DNA of 64,000 nt from assembly GCA_963801815.1 (NCBI GenBank), contig CAWDGJ010000003.1, forward strand, positions 96,001 to 160,000, in the 5' to 3' direction. Shown piece by piece: positions 38,066 to 47,966 of the stretch. The position numbers were made by a program, and so were the translations under genes. The stretch comes from an uncultured Verrucomicrobiae bacterium. Its GTDB lineage: Bacteria > Verrucomicrobiota > Verrucomicrobiia > Chthoniobacterales > UBA10450. The notes under the pieces were generated by a model. The model did no database searches. It saw only the letters and a list, made by a program, of their open reading frames with translations, and had not been told where the DNA came from. Numbering within the stretch: the first letter of the stretch is position 1; every line of letters starts with the position of its first letter.

Positions 38066-38392
38066 TTATTTTACCGCGGCCAGGCGATTACTCGGGATGT
38101 GCCCGTTTTGCGGTGCAATGGCCTTGGCCAACGAAGAGGGAAGTCCTTTGTATTTCTTGCCGTTCTTCTTCACCGCCCCCCGTGCGACCAGGTTCTGCAA
38201 CTTTTCGTAAGCCCGCAGACGGAGCATTTCCTCGCCTCCGCTGGCTGCGTTTCGCGCGCGGAGATTCTCGTGCACAATATCAAAGAGTTCCTTAAACTCG
38301 TAGGAGGCACGACGAGAGAGCACCGCTACGAGTTCTTCGGTAACCAGATCAGGAACTCGACGAGAAAATGCGTTTTTCTTGAGAATAGCCAT
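38066..38392 (-). CDS. Small basic hypothetical protein
   Basis: MAILKKNAFSRRVPDLVTEEL..GGEEMLRLRAYEKLQNLV..; plausible compact helical domain. Confidence 0.65.
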   Translation of the reverse strand: MAILKKNAFSRRVPDLVTEELVAVLSRRASYEFKELFDIVHENLRARNAASGGEEMLRLRAYEKLQNLVARGAVKKNGKKYKGLPSSLAKAIAPQNGHIPSNRLAAVK

Positions 38393-38526
38393 AGGGCCGA
38401 GACAGTAGCACAATTTGGCCAAACTAACAGCACAATTGTAGCGCTGTTTGCCACCCAGGGGTCGCCCTCGGTAAATAGAGTCGTAATGGCGCACTTAAGG
38501 GACACTCTTGCATGCCTATCGCCGGC

Positions 38527-40224
38527 CTAATGTTGCCGGGCTTCGCCCCAAAGAATTGCGGGTAGACCAAGGCCAATTGCGGCTTGTCCCAAAGTTAGCG
38601 GACCGATCGACTCCGTGACATAACCGTCGCGCTCAAAGTGCTGCGAGGAAACGATCGGGCTCAGGTGTTTGATCACGATTTCGGGGGGTGGAAGCTTCCC
38701 AACATCCACGTAATCCGAAATCGCCGGCATGAATGCAGCGCTCATCAACAGCATCGGCCGTAGCGCCGCGTCCAGGCGCCCGTAAAGCAATCCGGTGTCG
38801 AGGTAAACGAACGCTCCCGTCGGCGCCGCCACTGCATGCGAAGCCGCCTTATATGTCGGCGAATTCGAAAGGTCGGACGACGACGATTGACCCGCGCGAT
38901 TTATCGCCGATTCAACCGAAGTGGAATCGAGGCCGACGATTAATACCCGGTTCGATAAGGCCAGAGTCGGCGTGATGGCAAACAGCGCCGCCGGTGTTTG
39001 CATGGAAAAATAAACGGTGCCGGCCTTCTCGGTTTTTGTCCATTTGGCGTCTTCATCGATCGCATTTATTAGCACATTGACGATCTTCTTCGCTCGCGCC
39101 GGATCCTTAACGGGTAATGCCGAGATAATTGACGGCCAGCGCGCGCTCTGCGACCAATCGGCCAGCGTTCCAGATTCCAAGTCGAAAGCCGCTTTCCAGT
39201 CATCGACGGTCACGCCCGCCCGACGTGCGGCTTCGAAAACCTTTTGAAGCCAACTCCCGACCGGCAAGCCAGCTTGATTGATCGCAGCCAGCCGGTCGGG
39301 ATTCAGCAGGGTGGCCATATACAGGAATGTGTCCGGTGTGCCGAACCTGAGTGATTTGCGATCAAGCTCTTCGCTCGACTGCGCAGCCGGCATCCCGACA
39401 AACAACACGTCGCGCATCTTTCCGTTATCGAATCGTGTTGCCGCGCAAATGCTGCGAATTTGTTGAAGAACGTCGGTTTGATCACTGGACGCGCCGATCG
39501 CGCTACCCAGCGACGCAAACTTGCCGGATAATCCTCTCGGTTGAAGGTAGAAAAGCAACGCATAGCTCGATGGCATGTGCGCCATTGCCCCATGAAATTC
39601 GTCACTCGCCTCGAGGGTCGATTGTGCGTCTTTGTCGCGTCCGTCCGCGCGATCCAAAACTGCCTTCAGCTCGGCGAGATCGTTTGAAACAAAAAACCAT
39701 TGCCGGTCATACACCGTTGCGATTTGGTTCGGCGCCGCGCCCACGATGTCAATTTGGTGCTGCTGGTAATCGATGCTTTCACGCGCGGACGCATCGTGCA
39801 CGATCTGCGACCGCCATTGGGCGATGGTTTCCTCGGCCGCGGATTGACGTCCGTGAAATCGAAAGCCACCGGTTAGATGCGGCTCATTATTTTCAATCGA
39901 AGTCATCGCGAGAAACGCGTCCTCCGGATCGAGCTTCTGGAGTTTCTCGACGGTGTCGGCTGCCGTGCCGCGCTGAGAGACCTTGGAAAGTGGTTTCTTT
40001 AGAAAATCCTGTACGGCTGGCTCCTGATAAAGCTGGCAAATGTCTGTTCCAAGCCACTCTTTGCGGGTTCGATTGAAATCGGGCAGGTGCGCAAGGGCAA
40101 TTGTCGTGCGAGGAAGAAGGGCGGTGACAGCCGCGTTCGGCGTGCTTTTCGGCTGGCGCACGATGTAAACGACTCCGCCCGCTGCGAAGGCAGCGAGGAG
40201 AATGAGCAAACCTAGACGGCGCAT
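38527..40224 (-). CDS. Large exported or membrane-anchored hypothetical protein (DUF3352-like)
   Basis: N-terminal hydrophobic helix followed by ALLP; 565-aa ORF. Confidence 0.65.
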   Translation of the reverse strand: MRRLGLLILLAAFAAGGVVYIVRQPKSTPNAAVTALLPRTTIALAHLPDFNRTRKEWLGTDICQLYQEPAVQDFLKKPLSKVSQRGTAADTVEKLQKLDPEDAFLAMTSIENNEPHLTGGFRFHGRQSAAEETIAQWRSQIVHDASARESIDYQQHQIDIVGAAPNQIATVYDRQWFFVSNDLAELKAVLDRADGRDKDAQSTLEASDEFHGAMAHMPSSYALLFYLQPRGLSGKFASLGSAIGASSDQTDVLQQIRSICAATRFDNGKMRDVLFVGMPAAQSSEELDRKSLRFGTPDTFLYMATLLNPDRLAAINQAGLPVGSWLQKVFEAARRAGVTVDDWKAAFDLESGTLADWSQSARWPSIISALPVKDPARAKKIVNVLINAIDEDAKWTKTEKAGTVYFSMQTPAALFAITPTLALSNRVLIVGLDSTSVESAINRAGQSSSSDLSNSPTYKAASHAVAAPTGAFVYLDTGLLYGRLDAALRPMLLMSAAFMPAISDYVDVGKLPPPEIVIKHLSPIVSSQHFERDGYVTESIGPLTLGQAAIGLGLPAILWGEARQH

Positions 40225-40283
40225 GAGTTCGGGACTGTAGAGGGCGCGATCGGTAGCGGCAAATGCCGACTCGAACTAGGATG

Positions 40284-41186
40284 CTAGGCGCGTGGATGAA
40301 ACTGCCGATGGACGGCTTTCAGTCGCTGTTGATCGACGTGCGTGTAAACCTGCGTCGTCGAAATGTCGGCATGGCCGAGCATCTCCTGAATGATCCGAAG
40401 GTCAGCGCCGTTGCTGAGCAGGTGCGTCGCGAAACTGTGGCGCAACAAATGCGGATAGATGTTCTTCTCCAGACCGGCGTGTCGCGCTTTTTCTTTCACG
40501 ATTTGCCAGATTCGTGTAGTCGTTAACTTCGTTCCGCGCTCCGACAGAAAAATTTCGCTCCCGGTGCGGCGCTTCACCAGTTTCGGCCGCTCGGTCGACA
40601 AATAAATTGCCAGCGCTTCACACGCCTTGCGGCCCACCGGCACCATTCGCGTTTTGTTACCTTTGCCGACCACGCGGATGACTCCCTCTTCAGGGTGAAA
40701 ATTTTCCAAGCGCGCATTGGCCAGCTCCGAAATGCGCAATCCGCTCGCGTAAAGCAATTCCATCATCGCGCGGTCGCGCAGACCGTGCAGCGCTTTTGTG
40801 TCGATGCTGTTTAGCAAGTGCTCGACTTGAAGCTCGTTGAGCGTTTCCGGCAAATATCGTTCGATCCGCGGCAGAGTCAGGGCCTCGGTCGGATCGGTTT
40901 TGAGCTCGCCTTTACCGGCCAAAAATCGAAAGAAGATTTTGAGCGCGACCACGATCAATTTGATCGACGCCGCAGAAAGGCCGGCACGTTTTCTTTCCGC
41001 GAGATACTCAGAAATTATCGACAGCGTTACATCACGCAGGTTGTGGACTTTACGAACGCGTGCCGCCCATACGGTGAACTCGTTCAGCGAGCGCTGTGTT
41101 GAAAGTTGGTAATTGTCCGATAGCCCGCGCTCGACCGCCAGGTAGCGGATGAACGACTCGATCACGGCTTCCACGGAGCGCAACAT
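40284..41186 (-). CDS. xerD: Site-specific tyrosine recombinase XerD
   Basis: LAVERGLS, RDRAMMELLYASGLRISEL, GKGNKTR, HLLRHSFATHLL, LGHADISTTQVY and FHPRA. Start is approximate. Confidence 0.9.
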   Translation of the reverse strand: MLRSVEAVIESFIRYLAVERGLSDNYQLSTQRSLNEFTVWAARVRKVHNLRDVTLSIISEYLAERKRAGLSAASIKLIVVALKIFFRFLAGKGELKTDPTEALTLPRIERYLPETLNELQVEHLLNSIDTKALHGLRDRAMMELLYASGLRISELANARLENFHPEEGVIRVVGKGNKTRMVPVGRKACEALAIYLSTERPKLVKRRTGSEIFLSERGTKLTTTRIWQIVKEKARHAGLEKNIYPHLLRHSFATHLLSNGADLRIIQEMLGHADISTTQVYTHVDQQRLKAVHRQFHPRA

Positions 41187-41289
41187 CAAACAGCGAACTC
41201 CAAACATCAAGGCCTCGGATGATCTCGGATCCGAGGGCAAACGCGTCACGATTGACAATTCAAGACCAAATGTTCGATCATTGATCAGG

Positions 41290-42048
41290 ATGAGCCTTGA
41301 CCTGAATACGATCCTCAAGGATTGGCCCCATGAAAACCGTGCCATCAAGGTGCGCAAGATCCTTGGACTGGATGGACGGCATAAATTGCAGCTTCGGATC
41401 GACCTCGGTGTGCTCCAGATGGAACTCAGTGGCCGTCCCGATGGAATGCGTCCGCATGGTTGCGAATCACTCCTTACCTACCATCAACTGCGGGCCTCGC
41501 GCGCCGAAGCTCGTGGCGAAAGTTACCAGCTCACGCCCGAGCAATGCGCCGAACTCCAACAGGAAGGAATCCAGTATTATCACCGTTACCTGAGCCTGTT
41601 TCAGATTAATGATTTCCACGGCGTCGTACGCGACACGCAACGCAACCTGGACCTCTTCGATTTTGTTGATGCGCACACCGAACGGGATGAACTCTCGTGG
41701 ACGTTGCAGCAATTTCGTCCCTACGTGCTAATGATGAACACGCGCGCCAAGGCCTCTATTTTTCTCGGGCAGGGAAAATTTTACGAGGCGATTGCCGAGA
41801 TCCAAGGCGGCCGAGAAGCAATCGCGGAGTTTTTCCAGAAATCAAGCTTCCCGGAGCTGGCTGCGAAAAGTTCCGAGATCCACTTCCTGGACGATTGGTT
41901 GAAAGAAGTCACTGCTAAACGTCCGCGCACCAAACTCGAGATTATGGAGCGCGAAATGGAATCAGCCGTGGCGAACGAACTCTACGAACGCGCGGCCGAA
42001 ATTCGCGACACCATCAACAAGCTTAAAGCCGACAGCGTCGTGAGCTGA
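41290..42048 (+). CDS. Conserved protein with a C-terminal UvrB/UvrC motif
   Basis: LQLRIDLGVLQME..GRPDG, EGIQYYHRY and C-terminal AV..ELYERAAEIRD. Confidence 0.8.
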   Translation: MSLDLNTILKDWPHENRAIKVRKILGLDGRHKLQLRIDLGVLQMELSGRPDGMRPHGCESLLTYHQLRASRAEARGESYQLTPEQCAELQQEGIQYYHRYLSLFQINDFHGVVRDTQRNLDLFDFVDAHTERDELSWTLQQFRPYVLMMNTRAKASIFLGQGKFYEAIAEIQGGREAIAEFFQKSSFPELAAKSSEIHFLDDWLKEVTAKRPRTKLEIMEREMESAVANELYERAAEIRDTINKLKADSVVS

Positions 42049-42169
42049 CACGAGCGGGGAAGGGTTGATGGTGCTTCGGTGAGCTGCACCGGCCGTCCAG
42101 CCGGCAAACCTAAGGCTCCGTCTCGCTTTTGGCTTGTGACCCGGCGCTCTGGCGTTTCAAATCCCTAGC

Positions 42170-42502
42170 ATGAAATTTTTCCCCGCCATCGCCGCGCTTC
42201 TTGCCGTCGCGTTACTGTTTCCCTCGAAGACTTTCGGTGCCGGAAGATCGAAAAAGGGCACGCCGATGCCGTCGCTTGACACGAGCGACCACATTACAGC
42301 GATCCATCTCACCTCGATCACGATCAACGTTTTCGCCACCCACTTGGCGAAAGAATACAGGGTCACGCCGGCAACCAACATCACGGTGAACGGCCGCCCG
42401 GCTCAATTAGATGGCCTCTCGACCGGCATGAGCGTAATCGTCACGCCCTCGCCCGACGGTTTCACTGCGGCGAACATCCAGGCGAGAACCCCGCCGCGGT
42501 AA
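42170..42502 (+). CDS. Small secreted beta-rich hypothetical protein
   Basis: Signal peptide; T.ITVNG.....GL..GMSV.V pattern. Confidence 0.65.
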   Translation: MKFFPAIAALLAVALLFPSKTFGAGRSKKGTPMPSLDTSDHITAIHLTSITINVFATHLAKEYRVTPATNITVNGRPAQLDGLSTGMSVIVTPSPDGFTAANIQARTPPR

Positions 42503-42512
42503 CGCGGTATTG

Positions 42513-44600
42513 CTACTCGAAAACTTCTTCGAGCTGCTGATCGATTACTTCGCCGGTGAATCGATCAATCGCGATGTGTAGCCAATATCGCCTTTCAGCC
42601 TGGACAACGAATTGCGCGGCGTTAGACGCCGCCGGTGGATACCGACCGGACTGTGCGATTACATCAATCAGTAAAACCCAAGTGCGTGTTTGAGTGACTT
42701 CTGCAAGTGCTCGAGCGACCGTTTCCTGCTCTTCCTCGCTTGATCCTATCAGGTCGGCAGCGGCTGCCGCGAGACGAGTAATGTCGGCCCGACTGATTGC
42801 CGGATGTGATGCTGTTCCCTTCGAGGAATCCGATACGATTTTGGACGCAACTGCTTTGGCGGCGTCTGGACTAAGTCCAGTCGAACCGTTCTCAGTTGCA
42901 AGTGCGCCTCTAACAATCGATGCGAGCACGTCTGTATTCCGGGTGTTGAGATTGACGACGCCGGAGCGGACGCTCGCTACGTTGTAGGCAAATAGGTCGA
43001 GCAAGGGTGCATCTGCGCTTGCTTCGGAGCGAAAATCCAGAGTGGAAGACGAATTTCGGTAGGCATAACCCAGCTCTCCAACGTTGCGAAACGCACGTTT
43101 CAAAATCACAGGATTAGGAGGCAACAGCGGTGCCGCCGGGTCATTTGGAGGGATTTGATCAACTCCATACGCCTTTGCCAGGCTGGAGCCACTGGCGTAC
43201 TCAATCCAGGTAGTATTTGTGTCACTATCCCGTTGATCAATTAGTGATGCTCCGATCGAAAGAATCTCACCAATACTAGCTGTTGGCAGCGCGTAATTCA
43301 GTAGGGAGAACAAGTCCGGATTTTGATTAGTGCCGCTGATAGACGGAATAGTCGAGCGCAGCGTGGACCCTGATGTCCCGACGTATTGCCAATGCTCGGC
43401 CGCTGGAGGAGTTCCCGAGCTCGCCGGGACATACAGCAAGCCAAAATATTCTTGAATCAAAGCCGCGTTCCCATTGGTTGGCGGCGTCGTTGCGAAAAGA
43501 TCAAACCGACTCAGGGGGAATCTAGCGGCCAACTTGGCGCCGGCATCGCTCCATGTCGGCTTGTTTGCTTCACGCGAAAAACTCCCGAGTGACTGCATCG
43601 CACTTTGTTGGGCTTCCAGCGTTCTGCGCAATTCGAGTAATTCATTACGATTGATAATCGCTTGGTCAGTGCGGGGATTGGTTTTGCCGTAATTCGAGGG
43701 TGTCGCGACGACCCCGAAATTACGCGTCCGGTCCTGACCCGTCGCTACGCTTGACTCAAGAAAGTATTGAACGAACTGCAACGGGTTCGTCGGGAATGTG
43801 AAGGCGGCATAGTCGCCTGTTGGACTGCCGTTATAAAAATTTCTCCAGCCAACAATGTTGTCGATGGCGTTACTCGACAGCCCAACTGTCGTGAGATCGC
43901 TAAAACAAAGGACACCTTTTCGTCCAATGGTCTTGAGGTAGATGGGATCCGTAGAGTTCGTAGAAGGGAAGCCCGCTACGTTTAAATCCAAGAGCCCGCC
44001 TTCGTCGTACACAGCATATGAATAACGACCGAAGGTCTTAGAAGATGGCGATGCGAGAACTTCAGGTCCGTTCTCCGTTACGTAGACCCAATCCGGGGCG
44101 ACGAAATCGGAAATCGGAGTCGTGTCAGCAGTGGTGCTGTTCGGATTTAATCTTGGAATCAAATAGTGCTTGTTCCATCTCGCGGGCGTGATGGAGCGTC
44201 CGTTCAAGGACGTGTCGGTCGCTGAATTGACGGCTGATGCTCGGCTGGCTACGCCGGGGGAAGAGATGGTGTCGCTACGGACGCTTCGTCGAATTAGATT
44301 TGGCACGCTTGAAAAACTTCCGCTTCGCATCGGCACGACGTCCAAGTTGCTTTTCGGCGTGTAGCGGGGTGAGCCGTTCGAACCATTGATGATCTCCTGT
44401 TTGAAATCGCCCACGACAACGTCGAGCGCGCTCCGGGCGAGGGTGTCCGCTACCAGGTTATCTGCGCTATTGCTCGCGAGTTGACGGTCACTCGTGGTAC
44501 GGGCGAAGTATGCAAGCACGAGTCCGCACAAGAGAACCAAGAATGCCAGGACGAAGAGTAAAACTGCGCATGTAGATTTCTTTCTTGTCGCGTTTTTCAT
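42513..44600 (-). CDS. Large PilX/GspK-like minor pilin (Verru_Chthon cassette protein A-like)
   Basis: Basic leader followed by hydrophobic AVLLFVLAFLVLL..LAYF without Glu5; GRYSYAVYDEGGLLDLN, FRNVGELGY and C-terminal IDRFTGEVID. Confidence 0.75.
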   Translation of the reverse strand: MKNATRKKSTCAVLLFVLAFLVLLCGLVLAYFARTTSDRQLASNSADNLVADTLARSALDVVVGDFKQEIINGSNGSPRYTPKSNLDVVPMRSGSFSSVPNLIRRSVRSDTISSPGVASRASAVNSATDTSLNGRSITPARWNKHYLIPRLNPNSTTADTTPISDFVAPDWVYVTENGPEVLASPSSKTFGRYSYAVYDEGGLLDLNVAGFPSTNSTDPIYLKTIGRKGVLCFSDLTTVGLSSNAIDNIVGWRNFYNGSPTGDYAAFTFPTNPLQFVQYFLESSVATGQDRTRNFGVVATPSNYGKTNPRTDQAIINRNELLELRRTLEAQQSAMQSLGSFSREANKPTWSDAGAKLAARFPLSRFDLFATTPPTNGNAALIQEYFGLLYVPASSGTPPAAEHWQYVGTSGSTLRSTIPSISGTNQNPDLFSLLNYALPTASIGEILSIGASLIDQRDSDTNTTWIEYASGSSLAKAYGVDQIPPNDPAAPLLPPNPVILKRAFRNVGELGYAYRNSSSTLDFRSEASADAPLLDLFAYNVASVRSGVVNLNTRNTDVLASIVRGALATENGSTGLSPDAAKAVASKIVSDSSKGTASHPAISRADITRLAAAAADLIGSSEEEQETVARALAEVTQTRTWVLLIDVIAQSGRYPPAASNAAQFVVQAERRYWLHIAIDRFTGEVIDQQLEEVFE

Positions 44601-45550
44601 TGAAGCGTTGGCGCCAGGTAGAAACAGCGCTCATAAACGCGCACGCCGGAGAGCGCGGCCTTCGGCATCGACCTGACAGCTGGATTGCTGGGTGTGTCGA
44701 TAACCGACTGCCATTGATTAAGCAGCCAGCCGGCTCCATGACCGGTGCCGGCCGAGTAGTCGACAAGTGTTCCGGCAATGGTCGCCACGTCGGAATTGGT
44801 GAGCAAGACGTGACTCTTTGAATCTATCGTCGCAACAGCGACAACGACTGCGGCAATATCTCGCATTCCGCTAACGTCGCTATGTCCGACTGATGGGTCC
44901 CACGGAACCACCGACAGCGCGCCGCTGGTCAGCAAATAATAATACTCGAAGCGAAAAACTTGTGGCCCTGCTATCTCATGTTTTGAATCCGTGGTCGCGT
45001 TGCTGGTGACGGTCGTGGACCAGACCGACGAGATTGTGATTGGTGTAAAAACAATCGGACCATCAGTTATAGTTGGAGATGAGCCGTTGTTTGCCGACGA
45101 ATCACCATTCATTAACAGGCCCCGCGCCATTCGTTGCAGACGCGTGTAAGCAGCCGCGTTTGCGACTGCGGTGCTTGAATTGACCTTGTATGAGACGAGG
45201 GAAAACGGACTCGGAGAACCGGTTGATGGATAGTCTCCCGGGACCATCGTAAAAAACGCAATGCGGTCGTTGATTGTGCTTAGTGTACTTCCGGTCATCG
45301 CGCCACCGGCGGTGGTACCCTTACCGTAGAAGTCGACATCGGATCGCTTAACCATCTGGGTAAAATCAATCGCCATGCGATCGAACAGTTGTCTGACTTG
45401 TCCGTCGGATTCGATGTGCTTTGTCGCGAGATTTGTCAGGGTAGACGCGCTGCTAATCAAATGGCTTACAAACAAAATGACGACTGTAAGGACCGCGACC
45501 GCGACTAACAGTTCCGTCAAGGTAAACGCCTTGGTTCGTTTGCGGATCAT
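44597..45550 (-). CDS. Prepilin-type protein, PilW/GspJ-like (Verru_Chthon cassette protein C-like)
   Basis: Class III signal KA|FTLTELLVAVAVL. Confidence 0.82.
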   Translation of the reverse strand: MIRKRTKAFTLTELLVAVAVLTVVILFVSHLISSASTLTNLATKHIESDGQVRQLFDRMAIDFTQMVKRSDVDFYGKGTTAGGAMTGSTLSTINDRIAFFTMVPGDYPSTGSPSPFSLVSYKVNSSTAVANAAAYTRLQRMARGLLMNGDSSANNGSSPTITDGPIVFTPITISSVWSTTVTSNATTDSKHEIAGPQVFRFEYYYLLTSGALSVVPWDPSVGHSDVSGMRDIAAVVVAVATIDSKSHVLLTNSDVATIAGTLVDYSAGTGHGAGWLLNQWQSVIDTPSNPAVRSMPKAALSGVRVYERCFYLAPTLQ

Positions 45551-45558
45551 GCGGAGAA

Positions 45559-45999
45559 TTAGTGGCGATCAAATGCCGCAAACATCTCCACCGTGCCGTT
45601 AGTATTCGCTTGGACCGCCGTTGCCGGCCAACTCGCTTTTAGATCGGCGAAGGCAGCAGCGTTCGAACCGGCTGTATTCGTTGGGAAATTGATCGTAACC
45701 TGGTACCTCGAATTCGCATTGAGGGTTGTTGCGAATTTGCTTTCGCTTTCGAAATACAGAGTTTTTGGCGACCCGAATGTGACGCCAAATTGGTTAGATG
45801 TCGTTCCCGCTCTGGGGGTCGCTCGCATGTCAGCGATGACTGCGGATAAAATATTTGCCGCGATGGTTTGCGAGCTCGCATTTTGATTTGTTCTTAGGCC
45901 AATTGGCAGCAATCCCAAGATTGTAACCAAACAAAGCGAGGCGACGCCGAGCGCTAGAGTCACTTCGACCAGAGAAAAGCCCCAGAAACTGCGACTCAT
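45559..45999 (-). CDS. Prepilin-type protein, PilV/GspI-like (Verru_Chthon cassette protein B-like)
   Basis: G|FSLVEVTLALGV...LGLLPIGL. Confidence 0.85.
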   Translation of the reverse strand: MSRSFWGFSLVEVTLALGVASLCLVTILGLLPIGLRTNQNASSQTIAANILSAVIADMRATPRAGTTSNQFGVTFGSPKTLYFESESKFATTLNANSRYQVTINFPTNTAGSNAAAFADLKASWPATAVQANTNGTVEMFAAFDRH

Positions 46000-46769
46000 G
46001 GCTGATAGACCCTAATATTGCCGCCTAATCCGGTGACCTGAATGGCGCAGTCTTTGTTGTCGTCGAGAACGGCCCCTCGAACCGACTGCAACCCAATTTC
46101 GAGGAAAGCACGGATTGTATAGTTGTTATTATTTACCCGCGCTTCACCTCGCGGACTGAATTCGATCATCTTGACGAATGTGTATTGGGCCGCGCTAGAA
46201 GAGTCTCCCACCGGATATTGAAAGGGTCGCAGTGAATCCGGCGGACTGGTGTCGCCGATTTTGGCGTTGTCAGGAAAATTGCCGGGAATCGGAGGGCGAG
46301 TAGAAAACTTGTCAGCTTCTCCGGTCCCAGTTCCGTTAGCGAATGTGCGAAGGTGCACGTCGTCGAGCCGAATGAGCCTCGTGACTTGTGTCAGCCTGGT
46401 CGGCTCCATCGCTGCAGTTGGGTTACTTACGGGCTGTTGGTAGACGATTGTCCCGTCTGTAGATGCGACAGTAGAAACTACAACTCTGCCCGCCCCTGCC
46501 GTTGCCGGATTGGTTGGATAAGTGGAGCCATTTTCTTCGAAGAATCCAACCCAGGTGTAAGTACTGTTTATGATGGAATAGGTTCGCGCCTGCTCCAATA
46601 CACCCTTAATCGTGTACGCCGCATTCGTAATCTCCGTCGCGGTTTTTATACTCGTGAACGTCGGTACAAGAAAGACCATCAGAATTGCGATGATTGCGAC
46701 GACGACAAGAGACTCCAAGAGTGTGAAGCCACGCTCTTGAGAGATCAGACAACGCCGTGTGGCGAACAC
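45996..46769 (-). CDS. Prepilin-type protein, FimT/GspH-like (Verru_Chthon cassette protein D-like)
   Basis: RG|FTLLESLVVVAIIAIL..P, LEQARTYSI and IEFSPRGE. Start uncertain. Confidence 0.82.
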   Translation of the reverse strand: MFATRRCLISQERGFTLLESLVVVAIIAILMVFLVPTFTSIKTATEITNAAYTIKGVLEQARTYSIINSTYTWVGFFEENGSTYPTNPATAGAGRVVVSTVASTDGTIVYQQPVSNPTAAMEPTRLTQVTRLIRLDDVHLRTFANGTGTGEADKFSTRPPIPGNFPDNAKIGDTSPPDSLRPFQYPVGDSSSAAQYTFVKMIEFSPRGEARVNNNNYTIRAFLEIGLQSVRGAVLDDNKDCAIQVTGLGGNIRVYQP

Positions 46770-47024
46770 CGAGTGTTCCAGGGCGAACGTGGAAAGGCCA
46801 ACGTGATGAGTGCCAGCGAGGGGGGAAAGCACGCGCTTGAAAATAGTGAGCTAAGGGCAAAATGTGAATCACAAATTGCATGCGGACCGTGTTCAAACGG
46901 CCCCTTCAATTCATCTAACGTTCAGTTTCACAAAGGTTTAACAAGCGTCACAAATTCGCAATTTTAAGAGGGAAATTCCCCACGGCAGCGGATAGGGGCA
47001 TGCTTCTAGCTTTTAGAGCCTGAC

Positions 47025-47960
47025 GTGCTGGAACACGCCCTATCTGCCGAGGAGCACAATCAAATCCTCCAAACGATTGAGATGTTTGAGGCGATCACTC
47101 AAACACAACCGGAGGATTATCAATCGCTAGAGATCCTCAAGGAAGCCTACACGAAAATCGGCCGGCACGATGAGGCGCTCAAGGTCTCTCGCAAGCTTGC
47201 CGAGTCGTATTTCGGTTCCGGATCGTACACCCCGGCGCTGCACGAATGCGAAATGATCCTCACCCGGCAGCCGAACTCGCCGGAAATCTTGGCAATGTTA
47301 GGCGAGATCGAGCAAAGGCTGCAGGCGTCCGGCCAGGCGATTGTCGAAAAATCAAAAGCCGCGGGCGGTCTCGTGAACGGTCCGTTCACGAAGGTCGACG
47401 GGTCGTTGGTTGCACCGAACATCGAAGGCGCGTTAATCGATGTCGATCCCTCGCGCGGTAAAGGTCTGGGCAGAATCACGAATTTGCACGAACGCGGCGA
47501 CGATCATCTCGCGAAATTCTTGGTCGTGCAGCAACTGTTCCCGGAAGAGCAGGTGAACGGCGCGCTCGAAACGACAAAGGAAGCGAACAAGGATCTGCAC
47601 GGCCAGGCGATGGCGATGTCGATGCTGGAAGAGTTGACCAAAGGGAAACCGCAGCAGCTCGAGGCGGTCCTCTCGGCATTGATCGACCGGACTAAATTCG
47701 CATTCGTTCCACTCGAATATTATGACACTGACCGGCAAATCGCGCCGATGTTGCCGGAATATCTGACGCTCGGGCGTTTATTTGTCCCCTTCGATCTTGT
47801 CAGCCGCACAATCATGGTGGCGTGCTGCAATCCGTTTGATGCGGCGGGCCGCGACGCAGTTCAGCAGTCTGTCGATTACACCGTGTCGTGGTATTTGGCG
47901 CGGCCAACGGCAATCGCGCAAGCATTGCGCGCGATTTATCGGCTCGAAGCCAAAACCTAA
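47025..47960 (+). CDS. Protein with a TPR-like N-terminus and a C-terminal GspE/PilB N-terminal-type domain, no ATPase
   Basis: Helical repeats (SLEILKEAYTKIG..EALKV..LAESYF); C-terminal FVPFD..TIMVACCNPFD..YLARPTAI resembles this window's PilB LVPIA..LFVAMADPTN..MIATERSV. Confidence 0.7.
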   Translation: MLEHALSAEEHNQILQTIEMFEAITQTQPEDYQSLEILKEAYTKIGRHDEALKVSRKLAESYFGSGSYTPALHECEMILTRQPNSPEILAMLGEIEQRLQASGQAIVEKSKAAGGLVNGPFTKVDGSLVAPNIEGALIDVDPSRGKGLGRITNLHERGDDHLAKFLVVQQLFPEEQVNGALETTKEANKDLHGQAMAMSMLEELTKGKPQQLEAVLSALIDRTKFAFVPLEYYDTDRQIAPMLPEYLTLGRLFVPFDLVSRTIMVACCNPFDAAGRDAVQQSVDYTVSWYLARPTAIAQALRAIYRLEAKT

Positions 47961-47966
47961 AGATCC

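Noticed and set aside
40284..41186. Tyrosine recombinase as the integrase of a mobile element
   Set aside because: Length and motifs (LAVERGLS, FHPRA end) fit housekeeping XerD; no att repeats, tRNA or cargo seen.
42049..42165. tRNA-Sec, c-di-GMP-I, fluoride or ZTP riboswitch
   Set aside because: Only isolated words match (GGCAAACC, GATGG, GTGAC); the remaining consensus elements, anticodon arm and T-loop are missing.
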